Assembly (NCBI GenBank): GCA_043801595.1
Contig: JAZDLW010000019.1
Span: 43,094 to 107,093, forward strand
Direction of reading: 5' to 3'
Source of the DNA: Candidatus Aenigmatarchaeota archaeon
GTDB lineage: Archaea; Aenigmatarchaeota; Aenigmatarchaeia; JACPZZ01
DNA length: 64,000 nucleotides
A model generated the notes under the pieces. That model saw nothing but the letters and a program-made list of their open reading frames with translations. It had not been told where the DNA came from and ran no database searches. This document shows, piece after piece, positions 9,523 to 17,557 of this stretch (position 1 is its first letter; each line of letters starts with the position of its first letter). The position numbers were made by a program, and so were the translations under genes.

Positions 9523-11079
9523 ATGATTTTGGAGCCGCTATTTAATTTTCTGCCTTCGATAAAAAAGCCTGTTGAAAAGCAGACGCTTAAAAAAAGATTG
9601 AAGTGGACAGGCATAATGCTTCTTCTTTATTTTGCAATGTCCCAGGTCACGGTTTACGGCGTTTCAGAAACGGCGTTGCAAAGGTTTGCGTTTCTTGAAC
9701 TGATTTTAGGATCCAGGTTCGGATCTTTGATGACGCTGGGAATAGGGCCTATCGTAACCGCGTCTATAATATTGCAGCTGATGGTCGGTTCAAAGATAAT
9801 AAACTGGGACCTCTCAAAACGCGAGCAGAAATTGAAGTTCGAAGGCACGCAGAAGATCCTTGCAATTGTAATTACAGTGGTCGAGGCTGCGGCATACGTA
9901 TCGTTTGGCGCGGTTCCGCCCATACCCGGTGCTTCTGCGTTGCTGGTTGCATTTCTCATATTACAGTTGTCTCTGGGCGGCTGGCTGGTCATACTCATGG
10001 ACGAAATAGTAACGAAATGGGGTTTTGGATCAGGCATAAGCCTGTTTATCGCAGCGGGAGTTTCGAGCCAGATAATAATACGAATGGTAAATCCACTCGC
10101 CGCATGCGTCGATAACCCGTTAAAAGTCTGCATTCCCGATGCCACGAACGCGCCCGCAGGATTGATACCGAATGCGCTGCTGGGTTTATTTTCCGGCAAC
10201 TTCGCAGATGCAATCGTCAATCTTATACCGATAATATCAACCGTGATAGTTTTCATGATCGTAATCTACGCGCAGGCGATACGCGTTGAGATACCGCTGG
10301 CTTTCGGATATTTCCGCGGGTTCGGAAGAAGCTGGCCGCTGAAATTCATTTACACGAGCAATATACCTGTAATCTTAACAGCAGCGCTGATCGCAAACGT
10401 GCAAGTTATGGGCGCGCTGCTCGCAGCGAAGGGATTTCCGATACTCGGCACGTTCGACGCGTCCAATACACCACAAAGCGGCATTTCGTTGATGTTTTCC
10501 GTGCCGCGTGAACTGCCGGTACAGACAATGATGCTTACAATCGGGATAGCGGTCGTTATCGGGTCTTTGATTTCGGTTTACTATATCAAAAAATACCTTG
10601 GCGAGATAATGGTCTTGTCAGGGTTGCTAGGGATAATCATATGGTTCTTCGGATTCCAGGCCTTGGGATTTTCCGCAGCCACAGCTTTGACAGCGCAGAG
10701 CGTTGCGAGGCTGATCGCGTACACGCTGTTCCTGTCATTGGGGTCAATTATGTTTTCGATATTCTGGGTGAACACTGCCGGAATGGACGCCGGAAGCGTT
10801 TCAAAGCAGATACAGTCAATAGGAATGCAGATACCCGGATTCAGGCGCGATCCGCGAATAATAGAATCCGTGCTTGAGAAATACATACCAAACCTTGCAG
10901 TGCTCGGCGGTGCGTTCGTAGGTATTCTAGCCGCGTTCGCAGACTCTGTAAACGCGCTTGGAACAGGGACGGGAATACTTTTAACAGTAATGATAATATA
11001 CAACATGTACGAACAGCTGGGCATGCAGCAAATGGAAGAGCTGCATCCGGCTGTGCGAAAATTGTTCGGAAAGGAGTGA
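9523..11079 (+). CDS. secY: Preprotein translocase subunit SecY
   Basis: LGIGPIVTASIILQL, GFGSGISLFIAAG, PLKFIYTSNIPVIL, IPGFRRDP, GTGTGILL. Confidence 0.97.
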   Translation: MILEPLFNFLPSIKKPVEKQTLKKRLKWTGIMLLLYFAMSQVTVYGVSETALQRFAFLELILGSRFGSLMTLGIGPIVTASIILQLMVGSKIINWDLSKREQKLKFEGTQKILAIVITVVEAAAYVSFGAVPPIPGASALLVAFLILQLSLGGWLVILMDEIVTKWGFGSGISLFIAAGVSSQIIIRMVNPLAACVDNPLKVCIPDATNAPAGLIPNALLGLFSGNFADAIVNLIPIISTVIVFMIVIYAQAIRVEIPLAFGYFRGFGRSWPLKFIYTSNIPVILTAALIANVQVMGALLAAKGFPILGTFDASNTPQSGISLMFSVPRELPVQTMMLTIGIAVVIGSLISVYYIKKYLGEIMVLSGLLGIIIWFFGFQALGFSAATALTAQSVARLIAYTLFLSLGSIMFSIFWVNTAGMDAGSVSKQIQSIGMQIPGFRRDPRIIESVLEKYIPNLAVLGGAFVGILAAFADSVNALGTGTGILLTVMIIYNMYEQLGMQQMEELHPAVRKLFGKE

Positions 11080-11083
11080 TCGA

Positions 11084-11668
11084 ATGTCTTTGGTAATTGT
11101 TGCAGGGGCGCCGGGCGTGGGAAAAACAACCGTCCAGAATGTCGCATTGGAACAATTGCAGCAAACGAAACCGATCAAGGTCGCGATGTTCGGCGATTAT
11201 ATGTTTTCGATAGCAGAGAAGGAAAAACTTGTAAAAAACAGGGACGAGATGCGAACGAAAATACCGCGCGAAAAGTACAAGGACCTGCAGGCGAAAGCCG
11301 CGGAACAGATAGCGGCGGATGCGAAAAGCCGGAATGTGATCGTAAACACGCATCTTTCAATGATAACGGCTTTCGGGATAATTCCCGGGCTGCCGTTGAA
11401 CATATTGAAGATGCTTGATCCGAAACTGATAGTGATTGTCGAAGCGGATCCGGAGGAGATAGCGATTCGCCAGAAGACGGACAAGGAACGGGAACGCTCC
11501 GACTTCGGAGACGCGGGAAAGCTGCGCGAGTTCCAGAATTATTCGAGATCGTGCGCTGCGGCATATTCGGTCATACAAAACGTGCCTGTAAAGATAATAA
11601 TGAACAGACATGGAAAGATCCGCGAGGCGGCAGGCGAACTGACAGAAGTGTTGCGCAATGTTTTCTGA
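11084..11668 (+). CDS. adkA: Archaeal adenylate kinase
   Basis: GAPGVGKTT P-loop, FGDYM, RDEMR, PGLP; follows secY. Confidence 0.92.
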   Translation: MSLVIVAGAPGVGKTTVQNVALEQLQQTKPIKVAMFGDYMFSIAEKEKLVKNRDEMRTKIPREKYKDLQAKAAEQIAADAKSRNVIVNTHLSMITAFGIIPGLPLNILKMLDPKLIVIVEADPEEIAIRQKTDKERERSDFGDAGKLREFQNYSRSCAAAYSVIQNVPVKIIMNRHGKIREAAGELTEVLRNVF

Positions 11669-12122
11669 TCTGCTAAACGCGATATTCGCGCCATTGTTAT
11701 CGCAAGGCCTTTTCATAGGAGTGACAATCATATCCGTGCTCGCATCATCGATTACTACGTTGTTCTACAGATTTTTTGTTGACCAGACGACGATGAAGGA
11801 CGTAAGAAAGAACATGGAGCTGTACCGCGAGCTTGCAAATGCCGCGCAAAAGGAAAATAATGTCGGGAAAATGAACGAGAATGTGGATAAAATGATGAAG
11901 CTGAACAAACAATATTTTTCGTTGTCAACGAAGCCGATGATATTGTCTTTGCTTGTGTTTGCGGTGATATTTCCGTGGATGGGACAGACTTTTTTGAATG
12001 TTGTGGTTAATTTACCGTTCACGCTGCCGTTTATCGGCAATACGACCGGCTGGTTCGGCTGGTATTTTTTGCTGGCGATCCCGTCGAGCATAGTGATGCG
12101 TAAACTCTTGGACCTCGAATAA
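11658..12122 (+). CDS. DUF106 / EMC3-TMCO1 (Oxa1-superfamily) membrane protein
   Basis: TM-coiled coil-TM, KPM motif, GWFGWYFL; conserved position after adk. Confidence 0.85.
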   Translation: MFSDLLNAIFAPLLSQGLFIGVTIISVLASSITTLFYRFFVDQTTMKDVRKNMELYRELANAAQKENNVGKMNENVDKMMKLNKQYFSLSTKPMILSLLVFAVIFPWMGQTFLNVVVNLPFTLPFIGNTTGWFGWYFLLAIPSSIVMRKLLDLE

Positions 12123-12176
12123 ACCGGCAATTTCTTGCTTAAAAACTTCTTAGTCCAATCAGTTTCAGGAACGACC

Positions 12177-13127
12177 ATGATAACGAAAGAAGACGCGAAA
12201 ACGAACGACAGGTACGGGACGTATCCAGAAAAAAGAACCATAGCCCAGCTTATGGATTACGGCGTGATAAACCTGGATAAACCGCAGGGACCGACCAGCC
12301 ACCAAGCGGTTGCATGGTTGCGCGACATTCTTGGAACAAGGAAAATCTCGCACACAGGTACGATCGATCCGATGGTAAGCGGGGTTCTTGTTGTTTTGTT
12401 AAACGAGTCGCCGAAAGCGACAGAAGTTATCGGGCACGAAGAGAAGGAGTATATCGCGCTTATGCACGTGCACCAGCAGTTTCCGAAAAACATTATTGAA
12501 AATTCGGTCAAAAAATTCGTTGGAAAGATAACACAGCTTCCTCCGCTGCGATCAGCGGTTGCGCGTCGCGAGAGGGTGCGCGAAATAAAGGAAATAGAAC
12601 TGCTTGAAATAAACGGTAAAGATGTTTTATTCCGCGTCCGCTGCGAGGCAGGCACGTACATACGACGATTGATCGACGACATAGGAAAAGATTTGAAGTC
12701 GAAAGCGCACATGGCAGAGCTGCGAAGAATACGGGCGGGCGTGTTCGAAGAGAAAGATTCTTTCACAATGCACAATGCCAAGGACGCATGGGACGCTTAC
12801 AAGGAGAACGGCGATGAAAGCAGGCTGCGAAAAATAATAATGCCGCTTGAAAAAGTTTTGGATGTTGTTGGCGTGAAAAAAATAATTGTAAAGGATTCGG
12901 CTGTCAATAAGATATGCAACGGAGCGGCTGTCGGCGTTAACGGCATAGCGAAACTCAGCGATAACATCGGAAAAGGCGAAACTGTTGTCATACTAACGCT
13001 AAAGGGCGAGATAGTCGCTGTTGCAGCAGCGTTGATGGACTCGAAGGCGATAACAAAAGCAAACCGCGGGATTGCGGCGAATACGGACCGCGTGTTAATG
13101 AAACTAAATACGTATCCCTATTTGTAA
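12177..13127 (+). CDS. cbf5: tRNA/rRNA pseudouridine synthase Cbf5
   Basis: INLDKPQGPTSH, HTGTIDP, QLPPLRSAV, CEAGTYIR, PUA domain. Confidence 0.95.
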   Translation: MITKEDAKTNDRYGTYPEKRTIAQLMDYGVINLDKPQGPTSHQAVAWLRDILGTRKISHTGTIDPMVSGVLVVLLNESPKATEVIGHEEKEYIALMHVHQQFPKNIIENSVKKFVGKITQLPPLRSAVARRERVREIKEIELLEINGKDVLFRVRCEAGTYIRRLIDDIGKDLKSKAHMAELRRIRAGVFEEKDSFTMHNAKDAWDAYKENGDESRLRKIIMPLEKVLDVVGVKKIIVKDSAVNKICNGAAVGVNGIAKLSDNIGKGETVVILTLKGEIVAVAAALMDSKAITKANRGIAANTDRVLMKLNTYPYL

Positions 13128-13141
13128 CCGGAAAAAATCGC

Positions 13142-14110
13142 TCAGCGTCCGGGTATCGGCTTCACAAACATATGTTCTTCCCAGTGAACTGTTTCGGTGT
13201 AGCCTGCTGACGGAAGCACCTTTTTACGGATATATTCGTCAAGCTCTACCGTTGTCTTTTCTTTCAATGTTCTGTAACTCCTTTCTATTTCCGCAAAAGC
13301 GCTTCCGGTCTCCCTTCTCAGAATTGCGAGATGGGTGTTGAGGCGGGCTGCGCAATATCCGACTTTGTCTGAACCGGTTTCTTCGTGCATCCCGCGCATG
13401 CAATCGGTTATGACCGAAGCCGTTATTTCCGCGCGCTTGTCGCGGTGATGCTCTCTTCTGTAACTTCTTGTGCCCTCCTCGAATTTTCTTAGCGCTTCGT
13501 AATAGTCTTTCATGCCATTGATAATCTTTCCTGTCAGGAAGCTAAGATAATCCGGTTGCAGTTCAAAAGTGATCGGTGTCAGGTCGATTGTCACGTTTTT
13601 GTTAGACTCTGACTCGCTTGGTCCCAGTGGCGTGACTTTCTTTTGCTTGTATAGGACGCCTCCCATGACCTCCGCTACTTCTGAATTTGTTTTTTGCAGG
13701 CCTTTTCCTTCAAATACATTGTTTGGCAGCAAAACGAAAACATGCTGCATAAGGCGGGTGTTGTAACCTTCAGTGTCGTCCAGAGGAGAAAGTATCGACC
13801 GCCAGTATTCCGAGGGCGGTTGCGACAAAATCAGGCTAGATATTCTGTCCCTGATTTCATCAGGCGCACACGCGTTCTTTGTCAATATTTGTTTCTGTTT
13901 CTGGCTGTGGAAAGTCCTTACCCTTTCTTCTACAGCGGTTTTTTCAATACTTTCGATTATCTGCGAACCGTAGGATGTTGCTATGTCCATTGCCAGCTGT
14001 TTCGTTTTTCCAGGGTCCTGTTCCGATTCGCGGAGCGTCAGGCGGAGGTCTTCTACCGAGAACATGGCATCGTTGTTGATTTGTTGCATTTCTTCCCAGC
14101 TGTTCATCAT
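13142..14110 (-). CDS. Hypothetical protein
   Basis: 322-aa ORF with own upstream TATA-like site; no motif recognised. Confidence 0.65.
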   Translation of the reverse strand: MMNSWEEMQQINNDAMFSVEDLRLTLRESEQDPGKTKQLAMDIATSYGSQIIESIEKTAVEERVRTFHSQKQKQILTKNACAPDEIRDRISSLILSQPPSEYWRSILSPLDDTEGYNTRLMQHVFVLLPNNVFEGKGLQKTNSEVAEVMGGVLYKQKKVTPLGPSESESNKNVTIDLTPITFELQPDYLSFLTGKIINGMKDYYEALRKFEEGTRSYRREHHRDKRAEITASVITDCMRGMHEETGSDKVGYCAARLNTHLAILRRETGSAFAEIERSYRTLKEKTTVELDEYIRKKVLPSAGYTETVHWEEHMFVKPIPGR

Positions 14111-14187
14111 GACAAATCATTATCAGGTAAGTTTTAAATTACCATGAGAATGAAAGGTTTTAATCCCTTGCACGTCAGAAAAATCTT

Positions 14188-14985
14188 ATGAAAAACGGAT
14201 GGAAAATCTACGTGTTTGAGCACGATCCTTATTCTTCCGAACTGGCAGAATCGCTGCAACTGGTATTCGGGCTGGAGAGGAGAAGCGTAAATGTAACGTA
14301 CGGGGACAACAGGAAACAAATTATAAATAAAGTGAAAAAAGCCATCAACGGGGATCATGAAAGGATTCTCACTGTCCTTGGTCACGGATACGCACACAAA
14401 ATGACCTACGGCCTCTGCAAGCACGTCGCCGACAGTCGAAGCGACGGTTATGTCTACTACCATTTCGACCAGCACGGCGACATCGGTCACATATGGACGC
14501 GCATCACCCACGGCGGCTTCGTAGCCAGATTGTTCAATGATACGAAAGCGCAGGATGTTGTATTTTCCGATGAACCCGATTTCAACAGCCGCGCGCTTGC
14601 CAGGGGTTTGGACGTGGACGATACCGGGGCGTCGTTGATGACAAATAAGAACGTTCCTGACGCATATTGTTCGTTCGATCTGGATTGCATGCGTTACGAG
14701 GAAATAAAAACCGGCTGGCCGGGAGGAACGATGCATTCGATCGCATTGCTCAACGAAGTGGAAAATATCAAAACGAAGAAGGACATAATCTCAGCCGATG
14801 TCCTTGGCTATTCCGGCGAAAGGGATGCCAAAAGTCACGTGATGTATGCGGTGCTCATGGAGACGCTCATCGGAGGCGGACGCGTCGATGAATTCAAGTC
14901 GCTACACGAAATCGCAAAGAATGGGCGGATCGACTATCAAGACATGCTCAAAGAATTCAAGTCAATCGGAAGTTGCGGACGCTGA
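14188..14985 (+). CDS. Arginase/ureohydrolase-fold protein
   Basis: HFDQHGD (DxHxD) and SFDLD (DxD) metal motifs, ADV near C-terminus. Confidence 0.7.
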   Translation: MKNGWKIYVFEHDPYSSELAESLQLVFGLERRSVNVTYGDNRKQIINKVKKAINGDHERILTVLGHGYAHKMTYGLCKHVADSRSDGYVYYHFDQHGDIGHIWTRITHGGFVARLFNDTKAQDVVFSDEPDFNSRALARGLDVDDTGASLMTNKNVPDAYCSFDLDCMRYEEIKTGWPGGTMHSIALLNEVENIKTKKDIISADVLGYSGERDAKSHVMYAVLMETLIGGGRVDEFKSLHEIAKNGRIDYQDMLKEFKSIGSCGR

Positions 14986-14994
14986 TAACGCATA

Positions 14995-15022
14995 CTAAAA
15001 AGAATAGCGCCGAGGAAGCGAT
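14995..15022 (-). repeat. att-like copy 1 of tRNA-Ser 3' end
   Basis: ctaaaaagaatagcgccgaggaagcgat matches 17129-17156 at 26/28. Confidence 0.85.
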
Positions 15023-15079
15023 ATACCTCGAAGTGTTCACATCCTGCCCTTGTTTTATCTTATTAGGACTTTCTATAGT

Positions 15080-15523
15080 TTACGTTGCATGCACAGCATA
15101 ATTCGATGGCGCATACGAATCGTATAATTTCCAAATGTCGCCAATCTTTTGCATTCTAAAGGTGTTTGCGGGATCAAGATATGTTTTATTATTTTCTGTT
15201 TTTATCACATCCGCGGTAATAGTAGCATCGGTCTGATTGTTATACTCTACTTTGGTGATGTTTAGATCCATCCCCATTTTGGAGCATGCATCCGGTTGCG
15301 GTTTAGTTTCTACACAGAATTTTCTAACAACATCCCAATATTGGATACCCAGATAATCTCCGGATTTTTCAAAATCACCAGATTTCCAAAGGGAAAGAAG
15401 TGCTCTAAGGTCGTTTTCCGGCGTATGTGAGAAATATGTGTTAAAAATAAGCCAAGCCATAGCAACGAACAGAACAATACTTACAATTCGCTTTTTATTA
15501 GGAGTTATTTTCAGTGTTTTCAT
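15080..15523 (-). CDS. Membrane-anchored protein, possibly NTF2-like
   Basis: N-terminal TM; ITKVEYNNQTDATITA...FRMQKIGDIWKL pattern. Confidence 0.6.
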   Translation of the reverse strand: MKTLKITPNKKRIVSIVLFVAMAWLIFNTYFSHTPENDLRALLSLWKSGDFEKSGDYLGIQYWDVVRKFCVETKPQPDACSKMGMDLNITKVEYNNQTDATITADVIKTENNKTYLDPANTFRMQKIGDIWKLYDSYAPSNYAVHAT

Positions 15524-15604
15524 TCTCTCACTTGATGTATGTCCATGCCCATCCTTCCGGCCTCCAAACCTTAAACCCAAAGGATGGGATATGGACAATT
15601 TGAC

Positions 15605-15619
15605 TTAGCGCCGAGGAAG
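15605..15619 (-). repeat. att-like copy 2 of tRNA-Ser 3' end
   Basis: ttagcgccgaggaag identical to 17138-17152. Confidence 0.8.
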
Positions 15620-15807
15620 AACGACCCGGTTTATCAGGGTCATACAGCCTTCCGCACGAAACTATGATGAGCTTTCATGTTATTGGGGTCGCTGGAAAAT
15701 AAAGGCGACGGTAAAGCTCCCTTTTTGGCTGCATCTTGCCTAGTTTGCGGGTAAAGGCACCGAAATCTATAAAAACTATAACTGCTATAACACCTATAGG
15801 TGATATA

Positions 15808-15987
15808 GTGACCAACACTACAATAGCAGTGAGGAAAGAGACGAAAGAGCTGTTGAAGCACTTCGGCGGCAAAGGCGACACGTACGATGACGTTATCCAG
15901 AAGATGTCAGCGACATACGAAGAGTTTGTAAACACTCAATACAACCGTTTGACGGAAAAACATAAGTTCAAGAAGATGGACCTATGA
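15808..15987 (+). CDS. Putative ribbon-helix-helix antitoxin
   Basis: GTG after AGGTGA SD; TTIAVRKETKELLKHFGGKGDTYDDVI; ATGA overlap with RelE-like gene; palindrome CACCTATAGGTG at 15791-15802. Confidence 0.75.
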   Translation: MTNTTIAVRKETKELLKHFGGKGDTYDDVIQKMSATYEEFVNTQYNRLTEKHKFKKMDL

Positions 15988-16247
15988 TGGCTGTCCTGAT
16001 ACACGACGCAGCCGATAAATCGCTAAGAAGTTTTGAGAAGAAAGTGCGGGAAAGGATAAAACAGCAAATAAAACTTCTGGCTGAGAACCCGTATTCCACA
16101 CAGTTGGACATCGTGAAACTCAAGGGAATAAACGACGGCCCGGACTTATTCAGGATGCGCGTCGGTAATTACAGGGTCATTTATTTCATCCAAGATGGGA
16201 AAATCCTTATAACGGATATAGGAAGACGGGAACGAATCTATGGTTGA
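15984..16247 (+). CDS. RelE/ParE-family toxin
   Basis: 87 aa; LAENPY, KLKG, FRMRVGNYRVIY, IGRRERIY. Confidence 0.9.
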   Translation: MMAVLIHDAADKSLRSFEKKVRERIKQQIKLLAENPYSTQLDIVKLKGINDGPDLFRMRVGNYRVIYFIQDGKILITDIGRRERIYG

Positions 16248-16321
16248 TCCGCATGGTTGGCAAATAAAACCGACGGTGGGGATCCCTCGCTAGTTTTAAG
16301 TTTAGATATTGAATTCTAATT

Positions 16322-17035
16322 ATGGCAGTCGATGACAAGCTATCTAAATATTGTAAAGGAATAATAGAATACCCATTTTATAGCCATCCTTATTTTTCTG
16401 ACGCTATTAACGCAAACGGAACTGTAGATGTTAAAAAATTTCAACAACGATATCAGACATTCTTATCAGATAAACGATTAAGACGATCCCTCTCTGATAC
16501 TGAAAAAAAAGTGTTGCTGGGAAGAGCGGGCATAGAAGGTTACCAGAAAACCCAAAAGGAGATAGGAGCGGAAATGCGGCGATCCGGTAACAGAGTTTTT
16601 CAAATAGAAACAAAGGCGTTGAGAAAATTACTGCCAAGAAGCAACGGAGGTGTATTAGACGCACTCTACCTTGAAGAGTTTGAAGCCACAAGTGCGAAGT
16701 ACGCTAAATCGAAAGATTTTGATTTGGATTATATAAACCGAATTAAATCGCAGGCGGCGGCAAAGATCATGGAGGAAGAAGAAAAGACACGCAAACAAAT
16801 ACAGCTAACTGAAGAAAATGCTCGTCATAAGGCTCATTTAACTGAGTACGGTATCCAACATTTAGGACTTTCATCACGCACAAATAACAGCTTATTGAGA
16901 GGAGGCGTCGATGTCATAGATCAGCTAGAAGAAAAAAGTGATGAAGAATTACTTAAAATACGAAATGTAGGAGTAAAGTCAATAAGAGAAGTTCGTGAAA
17001 GACTGGAAGCTTATCACAAACAAAGGAAGCCCTGA
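16322..17035 (+). CDS. Sigma70 region-4-like HTH fused to RNA polymerase alpha-CTD-like domain
   Basis: LSDTEKKVLLGRAG...TQKEIG...RVFQIETKALRKL and IQHLGLSSRTNNSLLRGGV...EELLKIRNVGVKSIREV. Confidence 0.8.
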   Translation: MAVDDKLSKYCKGIIEYPFYSHPYFSDAINANGTVDVKKFQQRYQTFLSDKRLRRSLSDTEKKVLLGRAGIEGYQKTQKEIGAEMRRSGNRVFQIETKALRKLLPRSNGGVLDALYLEEFEATSAKYAKSKDFDLDYINRIKSQAAAKIMEEEEKTRKQIQLTEENARHKAHLTEYGIQHLGLSSRTNNSLLRGGVDVIDQLEEKSDEELLKIRNVGVKSIREVRERLEAYHKQRKP

Positions 17036-17141
17036 TCACAAGACTGTTATTTTGGTGAGGTCTCCAACCAGTGGGTCTCCTGGGCCGGGAGTTTACCCTA
17101 TAATTGAACTCCCTCGTATGGGCGTCCTCTAAAAAGATTAG

Positions 17142-17375
17142 CGCCGAGGAAGGGATTTGAACCCTTACGGGACTTGCGCCCCACCGGATTTCTAAGGCTC
17201 CAAACTTAAAGGATTCCTCATCTCGCCGCCGTGATCAGAATCAAGCCTTGTTGTCATAGCCTCTCAAGTATCGCCTATGCACCAATCATCTCTGGTATCA
17301 GCATATCCGGCGCATTTAACCTGGTTCTGCCTTCGATTGTACAGCTGGAATACTTCCAGCAGCAAAAACCTCGGC
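17142..17375 (-). tRNA. tRNA-Ser(TGA) with introns at 30/31 (17270-17306), 37/38 (17190-17262) and probably 8/9 (17332-17367)
   Basis: Spliced: GCCGAGG TG GCAGAACCAGGTTAAATGC G CCGGA CTTGAGA TCCGG long variable arm AAGGG TTCAAAT CCCTT CCTCGGC G; discriminator G; perfect BHB for 30/31; CCA not encoded. Confidence 0.85.
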
Positions 17376-17557
17376 TCTCCTCGGCATATTTTAATTGCGC
17401 GGAAAGGTTAATAAACGTCCGTTTGGCACGCCGCGTTTAGATACCAAGCTACGTCAAAAAATCACGCATAAATATGGCATATGACGTAGTTGAATGACAG
17501 GTATTATAAAAAAAACATTCGCTAAATCTAAAAGAAACGAAAAACGGAATAATTGTT

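Noticed and set aside
17053..17130. HDV-like ribozyme downstream of the tRNA
   Set aside because: No convincing P1/P2 nested pseudoknot; only simple hairpins supported
17231..17440. 69-aa ORF
   Set aside because: Overlaps the intron-containing tRNA-Ser on the other strand
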